From the NCBI RefSeq assembly GCF_006345805.1, contig NC_043013.1, positions 36,394,001 through 36,458,000 of the forward strand: DNA of 64,000 nt. Direction: 5' to 3'. Source of the DNA: Octopus sinensis. Its lineage: Eukaryota. Of the stretch, positions 1-11,395 are shown piece by piece. Made by a program: the position numbers and the translations under genes. How positions within the stretch are numbered: the stretch's first letter is position 1; each line of letters starts with the position of its first letter. Below the pieces are notes generated by a model. It saw nothing but the letters and a program-made list of their open reading frames with translations, ran no database searches and was not told the origin of the DNA.

Positions 1-75
1 GATATGATGATGATTATGATGATGGTGATGATAATAATAACTATGATAATAATAACAATAATAATAATAATAATA

Positions 76-128
<53 letters not shown>

Positions 129-222
129 AATAACAATAATGAGAAGAAGAAGAAGAAGAAGAAGAAGAAGAAGAAGAAGAAGAAGAAGAAGAAGAAGAAG
201 AAGGCAGAAAAATAACAAATGA
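1..222. repeat. Compound trinucleotide microsatellite (GAT/AAT/GAA)n
   Basis: Directly visible tandem GAT, AAT and GAA runs. Confidence 0.95.
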
Positions 223-239
223 AATAATTAACACACAAA

Positions 240-932
240 CAAATATATCTATAAATCTGAGTAAATGTATGTATACAATCACACAAGAATATGCATAGAT
301 ATATACACATACACATACACAAAAAACTGATGTATATTTATATATGCTTGCACACATACACGCACACACACACATATTCATATTTGAATGTATTTGTATA
401 TATACCTATGTATAAAAAATATATATATATATGTGCATGTGTGTGTGTAGGTAGGTATGTATATTTGTATGTATGTATATACACAACACTTTCATATATG
501 CACAAATACAAAAACATGTGCATGTATGTATGTGTGTATGAATGCACAAGAAAAAATTTCTCAATAAAAACTTACATGGAAACAAAAATATATATATACA
601 CACACACAGACATATATATATATATATATATATACAAATAATTATATAAAAACAATACTTAAGAAAAATTTATTTGAAAAATATAATTCCTAAAAAATAT
701 GAAACTTAAGCCTTTTGCGGTTCTGTGTATGTCTATGTGTGTGGTTATATGTATATATATATATATGCATATTTATTTTGGTTTGTGTATCAGTGTGTAG
801 ATATTTTTAATGTTATTCAAATATTTCTTTGCAAATAAGCATAGGTGTGAGTGTGTGTATGCATTTGGTGTCTGCATGTGTGCATTAGACATTTACCAGT
901 ACATGTATATGCAACTATATATGTATATATAT

Positions 933-963
<31 letters not shown>

Positions 964-1058
964 ATGTGTGCGTGTGTGTGTGTGTGTGTGTATACACACA
1001 CACACATACATGTATATGTAGACCGATATATAGATGGATAGATAGATATATGACTACA

Positions 1059-1091
<33 letters not shown>

Positions 1092-1124
1092 CATACAAAC
1101 ACATATACATGCATATATATATGC

Positions 1125-1180
<56 letters not shown>

Positions 1181-1320
1181 GTATATACATGTATGCATAA
1201 TGTATATATATGATGTATATGATACATATATATAAGTATATGTATATACTTATATATTAATATATATTATGGACACATACATATGTGTTTGTTTATGTAT
1301 ATAAATATGTGTGTATCTGT
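240..1320. repeat. (TA)n/(CA)n/(TG)n microsatellite-rich tract
   Basis: Visible dinucleotide runs; the ORFs here are YI/CV/TH repeats. Confidence 0.9.
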
Positions 1321-2047
1321 TTATGCTTATTAAGACACTTGCACACATGTACACTGTACATTTTAACGCAAGTGTCATTATGGTGAAAGGCGGTTTCTTA
1401 AGGAATATACAGAAACAAAGGAAGTGCAAAAGAAAACACCATAAAGATAATATTTCTTACGTCATCTCCTGTTAATATCTTAATTTCAGTTGCACATTTT
1501 TCTTTATCATTTCATAATATTGTATAATAATAATGATAATAATAATGATAATAATAATAATAATAATAATAGTTCTTAATATTATATGATTGTTGTTGTT
1601 GCTGTTGTTTTAATACCTCCTTTGTTTATGGAGGCAGTATTAAGAAAGCAAAAAGAAAGATGAAACTGCATGTATATGGATGACGGGTTAGGTTTGAGGA
1701 ATGATTAATAATCTGATTAATAATGAAGTTGGTGTATTAAGAATTGTTTACCTACATAAAGAAAATTTTATGTATGTATGTATGTATTTATATATGTTTA
1801 TACATGATACATGTTTATGTGTATGCATATCTCTCTATCTATATATATATGTGTGTGCGTATATATATATATTATATATGTATATCACTTTATGCTTAGA
1901 AGTGATGAATGTTACCAGAATTTTTGCTGCATGTCAAATGGAACAAACTATTTCAAATCCTGGTTAGCATATCCATGTAAATGGAGCTGGGATAGGCTAT
2001 TTTGCTCTGGCATCAAGACATATAAATTATAATAATGATTGCAAACC

Positions 2048-2224
2048 AAATAATGATATTTTGAAAGCATTTAATACAGGCATTTCAGATCATTGTGTAA
2101 TATACAATAGGAATTACATCCCCTATGACATATCTTTCTCAGTTTGCATTAGTGATATTTTCCATTGTATATTACACAATGATCTGGAATGTAAGTATTA
2201 GATGCTTCCAAAATATCATTATTT
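2048..2224. repeat. Imperfect inverted repeat (~61-bp arms, ~55-bp spacer)
   Basis: 2048-2108 AAATAATGATATTTTGAAAGC...TATACAAT is the reverse complement of 2164-2224 with about 6 mismatches. Confidence 0.85.
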
Positions 2225-2280
2225 ACTTTGAGTTCATTTTTAAATGCATACAAACATCCGTACATACATACATACCTATT

Positions 2281-2626
2281 CTTTTACCTGTTTCAGTTAT
2301 CTGACTGCAGCCGTACTGGAGCACTGCCTTTAGTAGAACAAATCGACCCCAGGACTTATTCTTTGTAAGCCTAGTACTTACTCTATTGGTCTCTTTTACT
2401 GAACCAAAATCTGTTGTCAAACGATGGTTGAGGGGACAAATACAGACACACAAATGTATACATATACGATGGGCTTCTTTCAGTTTCCATCTACCAAATC
2501 CACTCACAAGGTTTTAGTTGGCCTGAGGCTATAATAGAAGACGCTTGTCCAAGGTGACATGCAGTGAGATTGAACCCAGAAACATGTGGTTGGGAAGCAA
2601 GCTTCTTACCACACAGCCACTCCTGC
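2281..2626 (-). mobile_element. tRNA-headed SINE, family S1
   Basis: Minus strand starts GCAGGAGTGGCTGTGTGGTAAG (A box) and GGGTTCAATCTC (B box), and ends in the GACTGAAACAGGTAAAAG tail; more than 10 similar copies in the window. Confidence 0.85.
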
Positions 2627-2840
2627 ACTAATATTTACATACAATAATTTATAAACTTATTTTTCCTCTAGAAGAATAGTTCTGACGCTGACATTGAAGC
2701 TTCAGTCTGCATAGCCTTCTTTGGATACCATTTTGTAAAAGAATAATAAATTATGTACTCTACAAACTGTATTGAGTAATCCTTCAGTTTAATATAAAAT
2801 CGTTTTTTTTTTTTGCTTTTTTTTTAATATAACTCAGCAT

Positions 2841-3020
2841 AAGGTAGCGAACTGCCAGGTAAAATGCTTAACAGCCTTTTGTTCGTCTTTATATTCTAAG
2901 TTTACCCACAAGGTCGACTTTGCTTTAAGATAAGTACCAGATGAACACTGGAATCAATGTGATTGACCTATCCATTCCCCAAACTCCAAACTTGCAGGCT
3001 TTGTGCCAAAATTTGAAACC
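2841..3020 (+). mobile_element. Decayed SINE, family S2
   Basis: Carries GGTCGACTTTGC...ATAAGTACCAG...TTGTGCCAAAATTTGAAACC, shared with copies at 22.4-23.0 kb, 35.7 kb, 41.8 kb and 59.0 kb. Confidence 0.7.
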
Positions 3021-3081
3021 AGTTTAACTCAGCATAAAAACAAGCATTAGCCTGGTGTGCCCTACTGGATTGCCAGTTACC

Positions 3082-3454
3082 TGTAGAGCGCCGCGTCTCG
3101 GGCGGTGTCCGGTGTGCTCTCGGCGCCCTGGAAAATCCGGTCCGTAATGAATCGCAGCTCTCAAGTCGGTCCGTACCCACCATCAGCAGCAGGTCTCCAA
3201 GGTGTACAGCCTCTCGTCGATAGCGCCAATGTAGGTAAGGGAAGTTGGCAAAATGGATCTGTACCTTCGGAAGAAGGATTGGCTCCGAGGACCGGGTCGG
3301 TCGGGCCGTGTGTGTCGCCTCGCTCCCGCGCGGTTGTGTCGCCGTTCGCTCGGCGTTGCGCTGCCGGGCGCCGGAACACGTCTTCACGCGAAGCGGTGGA
3401 CCGGTACGGGGCTGTAGCGTTGGCGTCGGACTCGGCATCCCGGTGCGCCCCGGG
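3082..3454 (+). pseudogene. Isolated 28S rRNA fragment (conserved core before D8, running into the GC-rich D8 expansion segment)
   Basis: GCAGCAGGTCTCCAAGGTGTACAGCCTCT...CAATGTAGGTAAGGGAAGTTGGCAAAATGGATCTGTACCTTCGGAAGAAGGATTGGCTC follows the conserved eukaryotic LSU motif; abrupt GC-rich island with no other rDNA nearby. Confidence 0.92.
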
Positions 3455-3525
3455 ATATATATATATATATATACAAACATGCAGTCACACACTCCAATGC
3501 ACATGCACACACACACACACACAAT

Positions 3526-3630
3526 CATCACCATCATTTAATGTCTGTTTTCCATGCTGGCATGAGTTGGACGGTTTGACTGAGAACTAGCAATCCAGTA
3601 GGGCACACCAGGCTAATGCTTGTTTTTATG
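3526..3630 (-). mobile_element. RTE-type LINE 3' tail fragment
   Basis: CATCATTTAATGTCTGTTTTCCATGCTGGCATGAGTTGGACGGTTTGAC is the same tail seen in many copies in the window. Confidence 0.7.
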
Positions 3631-3879
3631 CTGAGTTAAACTGGTTTCAAATTTTGGCACAAAGCCTGCAGATAACTGAAACAGGTAAAAGAATAGGTAT
3701 GTATGTATGTACGGATGTTTGTATGCATTTAAAAATGAACTCAAAGTAAATAATGATATTTTGGAAGCATCTAATACTTACATTCCAGATCATTGTGTAA
3801 TATACAATATATATATATATATATAATATATATGACTGTGTGTATATGCGTATGTATGTGTTTGCGTGTTTGTTTTCTT

Positions 3880-4070
3880 GTCTTTGGCTATTATGTGGTT
3901 TGGAGACACACATCTCTTCAAATTTCTTCAAATCTTTCTTAAAATTCTTGCTGAATACAGAATGACACTTTTCTGTGAGTTCACAATATGATCCTCAATT
4001 CCAATAAACTTCAGCCTCTCAAGAAGAAGTTTGAGTTTTGTATCAAGTGCATCTTTTACTACAAGAATAA
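3880..4070 (-). mobile_element. Non-LTR retrotransposon 3' end, R4/Dong-like (restriction-like endonuclease C-terminus)
   Basis: Minus frame reads ILVVKDALDTKLKLLLERLKFIGIEDHIVNSQKSVILYSARILRKI*, resembling the IGALG...LQK..LL..ARILRKVL end of RLE-type ORFs; cut by a SINE at 4074. Confidence 0.55.
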
Positions 4071-4073
4071 TTT

Positions 4074-4265
4074 GGAGGCACTTGGCTTAGTGGTTAGGGT
4101 GTTGGTCTCATGATCGTAAGACTGTGGTTTCGATTGCTGGACCGGGTGACGCGTTGTGTTCTTGAGCAAAACACTTCATTTCACCTTGCTCCAGTCCACT
4201 CAGCTGGCAAAAGTGAGTTACCTTGTGACGGACTGGCATCCTATCCAGGTGGGGAATTTATACTC
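4074..4265 (+). mobile_element. tRNA-headed SINE, family S4
   Basis: GGAGGCACTTGGCTTAGTGGTTAGGG (A box), GGTTTCGATTGC (B box), then CTTGAGCAAAACACTTCA; similar copies at 23.5, 27.2, 59.9 and 62.7 kb. Confidence 0.8.
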
Positions 4266-4269
4266 CAAG

Positions 4270-4830
4270 TCAAGCCAAGTGAAATCATAGTTATGGCCGA
4301 TGCTGGTGTCAGATAACTGGCACCCATGCCAGTAGCACATAAAGGGCACCTTTCGAGCATTAGGCCTCACACAGGCAAAGTGGCTGAGTTCCTTTTGAGC
4401 ACTGGGCCTCATGGAGGCAAAGTGTCTGAGTTCCTTTCAAGCATTGGGCTTCATAGAAGCAAAGTGTCTGAGTTCCTTTTGAGCATTGGGCCTCATAAAG
4501 GCAAAGTGTCTGAGTCCTTTTGAGCATCGGGCCTCACGGAGACAATGACTGAGACCTTTGGCATTATGTCGTGCTTGAAAAGAAGACTCCTCAAACCAAG
4601 TAAAATTCCAGTTGTGGCAGATACTGGTGTCATCCAAATGGCACCTGTGCTGGTGGCACATAAAAAGCACTCATTACACTCTCAGAGTGGTTGGCATAAG
4701 GAAGGGCATCTAACCGTAGAAAACCATGCCAAATCAGACTGAAGCCTGGTGCAGCCTTCCTGCTTTCCAACCCTGGTCAAACCATCCAAGCCATACCAGC
4801 ATGGACAATGGATATTAAAAGGTGATGATG
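4270..4830 (+). mobile_element. RTE-type LINE 3' end with internal ~42-bp tandem array (about 5 units, 4340-4545)
   Basis: Decayed ORF end (..DLWHYVVLEKKTPQTK*), 3' UTR with AGGAAGGGCATC, and (GAT)n tail; unit approximately TTTTGAGCATTGGGCCTCATGGAGGCAAAGTGTCTGAGTTCC. Confidence 0.75.
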
Positions 4831-5032
4831 ATGATGACAATGATGATGCTGCTGATGATAGAAGCCAGGAAGCTGGTTCCTACTAGTCAGTATGACTCAA
4901 GAAGGCAACTTTACCTTTATTTTACAAGATTAATTTTCATTCTCAGGTATGGTTGTGTAGTGAAGGAATTTGTGACTTTGAGACTGGACCCTGATATTTC
5001 TTTGATAGCACTTCTCCCTTATTTCATTTTGG

Positions 5033-5328
5033 GATTTGGTTTGCAAGATTCTTTATGTGAGTTCGTGTGTCGGAACATATTCAGTTGTGTCTGGGGAGAG
5101 TCATTCTCTTTTATAGGGCCTTATAATTTAACACACTCATCGGTTAAATTTCTACTCATTTACTTATTTATTTTTCTTGCAACCTTTTCAAGAATTGTTG
5201 ACATTGAAAAGTTTGTGAGACGTAACGAAAATTTTAGAATAGTAAATAAGTAAATGAGTGGAAATTTAACCAGTGTGTGTGTTAAATAATAAGGCACTAA
5301 AAGAGAATGACTCTCCCCAGACACAACT
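5033..5328. mobile_element. Palindromic MITE/foldback element, family M1
   Basis: AGTTGTGTCTGGGGAGAGTCATTCTCTTTT... at 5083 pairs with ...AAAAGAGAATGACTCTCCCCAGACACAACT ending at 5328 (arms ~85 bp); related copies at 10.7-11.4 kb and 43.0-43.2 kb. Confidence 0.8.
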
Positions 5329-6311
5329 TCTCTCTTATGTGTTTGTTATGAGTGTGTGCATGTATGTTGTGCATATGTGTGTTATATGTGTGTGTTTGTG
5401 TCTTTTGTGTAAATACATGTATATATATGTGTGTGTGTGGCTTTAGTGGTGGTGATAATGGTTGTGATCATGGTTGTGGTGGTTGTAGTGGTTGTAGTGG
5501 TGGTGGTGGTGGTGGATGGTGTTGACAGCAGTGGGGTGGTGATGGTGTTGACGGCAGTGGTAGTGGTGGTGGTGGTAACTGGCATTGTTGATGGTGGTGG
5601 TGGTGGTGGTGGTCGTCCGGCGTTGGCGTCGTCATTGTCATCATAGTAGTGGTAGTGGTAATGGTGGTGCTGATGAAGGTTAAAAAAAAATAATAAAGTA
5701 TCAAGTTCACAACCGGCTCCAAAATTATCAGTAAATTAATTAAAAGTGTTCTAATTAGCTCTTAAATCATTGTTATAAAGATACTCAATCAAAGAATTAG
5801 CTTTTCTATTGTTTTTCTTCTTTTGTTTTTTTTTTTGTTGTTTGTTGATTTGTTTTTTATTGTTGTTGTAGTAAGTTGTTGAGTGCAAGCCACAGGCTAA
5901 TGGCAATGTCAAGAATTATCACACACAGCATTATTTCTTTGTTGTTGTTGCTGTTTTTTTATATTTTTTAATTTTTTTTATATCTGGCTACAGATGTGTC
6001 AGTCTCTTGGAGGGTCACACTTGCTTTATTTAGAAATAAACACCACCATCAAACACCCACAACCCCCACTGCCACCACCACCACCACCGTCACCACCACT
6101 GCCACCACAACAACCACCCTCAAGCACCCATAACCACCACTACCACCACCGTCACCACCACCACAACCATCTTGAGTCACTCTGTTGCTTCTACTAAATA
6201 TTAATAGAAATATACATATACTCATATTTTCAGTTCTATTTTTCCTGTTTACACCAACATGCCTATATATATATATATATATATGCGTGTGTGTGTGTTG
6301 TATATATGTAC

Positions 6312-6351
<40 letters not shown>

Positions 6352-6369
6352 GTATGTGTGTGTATATAT

Positions 6370-6592
6370 GTTTGTGTTTCTGTGTTTGTCCACCAACATC
6401 GCTTGACGACCGATGCTGGTGTGTTTACATCCCTGTAGCTTAATGGTTCAGCAAAAGAGACTGATAGAATAAGTACTAGGCTTACAAAGAATAAGTCCTG
6501 GGGCTGGTTTGCTCGACTAAAAGCGGTGCTCCAGCATGGCTACAGTCAAATGACTGAAACAAGTAAAAGAGTAAAAAGAGAGAGTAAAAGAG
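6370..6592 (+). mobile_element. SINE S1, 3' half
   Basis: Matches S1 from TGTGTTTGTC..CCAACATCGCTTGAC to the AAGTAAAAGAG tail. Confidence 0.85.
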
Positions 6593-6636
6593 TATATATA
6601 TATATATATAAATATGCATATATATATATACACATA

Positions 6637-6676
<40 letters not shown>

Positions 6677-7198
6677 CACATATTTATATAAAATATATGC
6701 ACACATATATAATAGGGAAATACAGAACAATTTTCTCTGGTCAATTCAGGCGTTATTCATGAAATTGCTCAAGTAATAATTAAAAGAAATAAATAAATGC
6801 TACATAGGGAAATCTATGTAAGATCAATAAGTAGGTAGATCAAATTTGTAATAGATCACACAAAACTAATATGGGACAAAACATCAGCAAATACAATCAC
6901 TGTATGAAGTCCTTTCATCAGCTATACAAATCATCAGTGACTGCTTGTTATTCAACAGAGACATCAATGATCTGCTACAATTAAATCTGTGTTAGTCAGC
7001 CACATGGAGTTGATATAAAGGACAGCCGGTTTCACCCAGATGGAATGAAATGTGCTGGTTATCTTGTATGTACATGCACATATACATACATACATACATA
7101 CATGGGCATACATATGTATATATGTACAGTATATGTATGTATGTATATACATGTGTAACTCTCTCCCCTCTTTCTCTCTCTCTTTCTCTGTCTCTCTC

Positions 7199-7236
<38 letters not shown>

Positions 7237-7264
7237 AACCTATCATCATCATCATGATCATCCT

Positions 7265-7474
7265 CATTGGCGGCGGCATCATCGGTTAACGTCTGTTTTC
7301 CATGCTGGCATGGGATGCATGGTTTGAGCGAGGGCTGGCAAGCCACAAGGCTGCACCCAGGCTCCAATCTGATCAGGCAGAGTTTCTACAGATGGATGCC
7401 CTTCCTAACACCAACCACTCCAAGAGTGTAATGGGTGCTTTTAACGTGCCCGGCATGTAAAAAGCACCCACTAT

Positions 7475-7475
<1 letters not shown>
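7265..7475 (-). mobile_element. RTE-type LINE 3' tail
   Basis: TTAACGTCTGTTTTCCATGCTGGCATGG...GGATGCCCTTCCTAACACCAACCACTCC. Confidence 0.8.
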
Positions 7476-7511
<36 letters not shown>

Positions 7512-7512
<1 letters not shown>

Positions 7513-7725
7513 GGGAAGGTTTACGAAAATAAACAAAAGACGAAGGCAGGTGAAGAACAAACAAACAAATGTATTAGTATGGCGCTCAGGAATAGAAATA
7601 GAACAAGTCTTTTACGTTTCGAGCCTACGCTCTTTGACAGAAAGATACACAGAAAAAAACAAGGAGAGAAACAAGGAGAGAAAAAAATGTGTGTAGGAGC
7701 TAACGATCTATCATGGCATCCTATA
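7512..7725 (-). mobile_element. Short (TA)n-flanked element, family D, with hammerhead-like fold at 7608-7645
   Basis: Minus strand: TCTTT CTGTCAA A GAGC GTAG GCTC GAAA CGT A AAAGA; homologues at 8.0, 17.1, 37.4 and 54.9 kb. Confidence 0.7.
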
Positions 7726-7997
7726 CATATATATGTTTATAAACCTATATATCTATATATATATTTATATGGAGACAAACTGGCTAAGTTCCATTTGAGT
7801 ATTGGGTCTCATGGAGGCAATGACAGGGGCCTTTGGTACTGTGTCATGCTTAAGAAGAAGACCCATCAAGCCGAGCAGAATCAGTCATGACAGATACCGG
7901 TGTCATGCAAATCCATTCTTGTCCCATTTTTGGTATTCCTTTTTATATAAATATAGCAGCATACGAACACTTTGATCTCTTATACATATATATGTAT

Positions 7998-8170
7998 ATA
8001 TATATAGTTGAAATTTATAGAGCAACAAAAGATGAAGACTGGTGTAGGAACAACAAGTATGTGTATTAGTTTTGACGATTGGGAAAATGAAAAAGTCTTT
8101 TACGTTTCGAGCCTATGCTCTTCAACAGAAAGGAATAAGAGAAAATAAACAGAGAGAGAATGAAAAAACC
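7998..8170 (-). mobile_element. Family D element with hammerhead-like fold at 8097-8132
   Basis: Minus strand: CTTT CTGTTGA A GAGC ATAG GCTC GAAA CGT A AAAG; flanked by (TA)n on both sides. Confidence 0.7.
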
Positions 8171-8359
8171 TATATATATATGAAATTAAATACACACCCA
8201 AAAGAGCTACTTGTAGTTTCATGCTTTTATGATACTTGAACAGACATATTTATAAAATATGCCTTGTACCTTAAAGCAATTTTTCAGGCTCTGTTTGTAC
8301 ATTATATATATATATTTTTAAAAACAAAGATGCTGGACAGTAAGAAAAAAAGAAAAATG

Positions 8360-9010
8360 TGGAAAAAACATGAAGAAGTTTGGTACAGAAAATGGAATGT
8401 AAAAGAAGAAATGAAATCAATAACTAAGATCCACGTCCTCCCTGATAGCAGAAAAGCCATCAACCACACCAAAACAACAAAGAGTATACTGCTGCTGCTG
8501 CTACTACTACTACTACTACTACTACTAAATGCACAATCAGGGTATATGAAGGCAAACCTGGGAGAAAGGATGCAATACCCAAGGTTGTGCACACAACCCT
8601 TGGGCCAAATGCTGTTTTATGTTTGAGGAAGAAAAAAGAAAATAAACCTGAAGGAAATTATTGCAGGATTGCAAAGGGAAGGATGTCACACATGACTGAT
8701 TCCAGCTGATGCTGGCTGTAGAGGAATTGATGCTCTGCAGTGTGAAGCATGATTACAGCCATTGGAATCAGATAGACAAAACAAGGAAGTTGCTTGCAAA
8801 CTGGGAGAGGCAGTAAAAAGTACTTCTTACTGGCACAAGGAAGGAGCTCTGCTGAATGCCAAAATGGTAAGGGGGACAGGGATTAAGCCATTCTCAGCTG
8901 ATTTAAAAATGGGAGAGGAATCTGTACTGAGACAACCAATTGTTGAATATCAATATATAAACTGGTCCTGGTCAAAGCTGCAACCACCCAGATGAATGAA
9001 GAGAAGCATC
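8360..9010 (+). mobile_element. Decayed HERO-like (RLE) non-LTR retrotransposon 3' part
   Basis: One frame with stops reads ...REGCHT*LIPADAGCRGI...KEVACKLGEAVKSTSYW, resembling the GW.TW.FPVEVGCRGF...LGEAAE.AS.WLW end of HERO/NeSL-type ORFs; a (CTG/CTA)n run interrupts it at 8490-8525. Confidence 0.6.
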
Positions 9011-9030
9011 TTTTAAACATAATATATACA

Positions 9031-9081
<51 letters not shown>

Positions 9082-9139
9082 GTATATATATGGAAAAAAA
9101 GTCAAGATAGAAAATGCTAAAATAATTTTATAAAAAACA

Positions 9140-9181
9140 TTTCAGTACCGGTTTCAGTCATTGAGACTTTTTCAACTGTAA
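9140..9181 (-). ncRNA. Candidate minimal type I hammerhead ribozyme with U3-A8 core variant (family B)
   Basis: Minus strand: TTACAG TTGAAAA AGTC TCAAT GACT GAAA CCGGT A CTGAAA; stem I CAG/CTG (extendable), stem II AGTC/GACT, palindromic ACCGGT stem III, GUA site. Confidence 0.6.
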
Positions 9182-9755
9182 CAATTAAATAATTAAATTT
9201 AGAAAAATAAAAATAAAAGTTTTTAAAAGAATATTTGTATAGTGTTCAAATACAAGTGGCATTTTCCTTGTTTCTGCCTGTCTCTGTCTCTCTTGTTTAC
9301 TCTTGTGGGTTTGAGGTCGTTGTGAATTCTTGGTAGGGAAGAAGAAGATATATATTTAAAAGAAGAAGGAAATGGAGATTCGGAAGTCAATAATGGTTTA
9401 TTATTAACAGCAAATTGGTTATCTTCACTTACACCTGTTTCCATCAATACTCAATAAACATTAAACTTATATTTATGTGACATGAGAATAATATCATCAG
9501 AGGGAAAAAGATGTACCTATGGATGCTATATTATGTGCATTTGTGAATTCATTTTAGTGGACTTATGAGGTTAACACGACCTCTAATTAAATTTATATAT
9601 ATATATATAAGAAACTTACATATACCATTCTGTGTAAATAACGGAACTGCAGATATAATATCCTTATGCATCTCACGTCTGTTTTCATTCCTCCACTTCA
9701 CTCTGTATTTCGTATCTTCTCTATAATAACTATTACTTAAACATTTTCTCGCACT

Positions 9756-9803
9756 GTCTCTGATGAAGGGATATATAAAATATCCTGGAAACAGCTGTAA
9801 GAC
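9756..9803 (+). ncRNA. Candidate minimal type I hammerhead ribozyme (family A) within a (TA)n-flanked element of about 9610-9870
   Basis: GTCT CTGATGA A GGGATAT ATAAA ATATCCT G GAAA C AGCT GT A AGAC: canonical core, stem I GTCT/AGAC, palindromic AGCT loop, GUA site. Confidence 0.7.
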
Positions 9804-10395
9804 CTTCTCTTTATAAATGTTTTGGAAACTATTCACAGCCTTGGATTTTTTATTTTGTTCTGTTAATTTATATATATATATAGCTTATCAAACTTTGATA
9901 TTGGAAAAGTTTACAAACCTTCTATGTTAATAAACCACAACTGTTCCTGTAATAGGCTTATTATTCAGTCTAATGACTTACTAACTTTATACACCTGGAT
10001 CCTTGGACCTCAGCTTTACGTATAATTATATAAACATACATATATGTATATATGTATATATATATATGCATATATCTATCTGTCTATCTATCTATCTATC
10101 AATCTATATCATCATCATCGTTTAACGTCCGCTTTCCATGCTAACATGGGTTAAGTGCATAAATGCAAATCAAAGTGCAAAAATAGTATTTGAAGACCAA
10201 AGGCTGAGCAATATGCTTTTTATTTTAGTAGACTCACAGTTGTCTAATGAAGAGTAACATGAAACTCTGAGTAACAGTTTATAAGGATTTTTTGCCACTG
10301 TGTCATGCAAATGGCACCTATGCCGGTGGTACATGAAAATACTCCTTACATTCTCGGAGTGGTTGGCATTAGGAAGGGCATCTAGCCATAGGAAA

Positions 10396-10495
10396 NNNNN
10401 NNNNNNNNNNNNNNNNNNNNNNNNNNNNNNNNNNNNNNNNNNNNNNNNNNNNNNNNNNNNNNNNNNNNNNNNNNNNNNNNNNNNNNNNNNNNNNN
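10396..10495. other. Assembly gap (100 N)
   Basis: Run of N. Confidence 1.
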
Positions 10496-10671
10496 GTCCT
10501 TCAGCTGAGACCAAATTAGGAAATCTCTCCTCTTCTATGCATTCTTCAGTTTTAGTAACCATTCATTGTAGCACTTTAATGCATCAGTTGTTTTTAGAAT
10601 CTCTAACCTGAAGGTACTGTCATCCGTCTGCACACTTTTCTCTCCTACAATATCCTTATTTTCTTTGATAT

Positions 10672-11007
10672 TCTGTTGTCTGGGGAAAATCATTCTCTTT
10701 TAGTGCCTTATAATTAAACACACTCACTGGTTAAATTTCCACGCATTTACTCTTTTACGCTTTTACTCTTTTACTTGTTTCGGTCACTTGACTGTGGCCA
10801 TGCTGGAGCACCAATTTTAGTTGACCAAATCGACCCTATAACTGACTCTTTGTAAGCCTAGTACTTATTCTATCAGTCTCTTTTGCCGAACCTCTAAGTT
10901 ACGTGGACGTAAATAACACACCAGCATCAATTGTCAAGCGATGTTAGGGGGACAACACAAACACACAAAAACATACACACACACACACAACACACATATA
11001 TATATTA

Positions 11008-11039
<32 letters not shown>

Positions 11040-11395
11040 CATATATATACGACAGGCTTCTTTCAGTACTGTCTACAAATCCACTTACAAGGCTTTGGTT
11101 GGCCCGAGGCTATAGTGGCAGACACTTGCTGAAAGTGCCATGCAGTGGGAATGAACCCGGAACCATGTGATTGGTAAGCAAGCTACTTACCACTCCTTGA
11201 AAAGTTTGGAAGACACAACAAAAATTTTAGAAAAATAAATAAGTAAATGAATGGATATTTAACCAGTGAGTGTGTTACATTATAAGGCACAAAAAGAGAA
11301 TGACTCTCCGCAGACACAACAGAATATGCTTCAACACACAAACTCACATAAAGAATCTTGCAAACCAAATCCGCAAACAAAACTTTGATAGACTG
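10672..11395. mobile_element. MITE M1 split by an S1 SINE
   Basis: Left arm at 10672-10750, right arm at 11196-11395, SINE between them. Confidence 0.75.
10751..11195 (-). mobile_element. SINE S1, near full length
   Basis: S1 tail, body, internal (CA)(TA)n and tRNA-like head on the minus strand. Confidence 0.85.

Larger units (their letters stand above)
2164..3808. repeat. Complex inverted duplication: 3585-3670 is the reverse complement of 2993-3078, and 3669-3808 is the reverse complement of 2164-2303
   Basis: Base-by-base comparison: 86 bp with 1 mismatch and 140 bp with none seen. The two inverted pieces join at a 2-bp (CA/TG) overlap. Confidence 0.9.

Noticed and set aside
3082-3454. 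A functional rRNA gene or rDNA array
   Set aside because: Only about 370 bp of 28S is present, with no 18S, 5.8S or remaining 28S, and it is embedded in rearranged flanks.
6895-6940. Two CTGATGA motifs on the minus strand
   Set aside because: No stem II pairing and no GAAAC...UH with a stem I partner.
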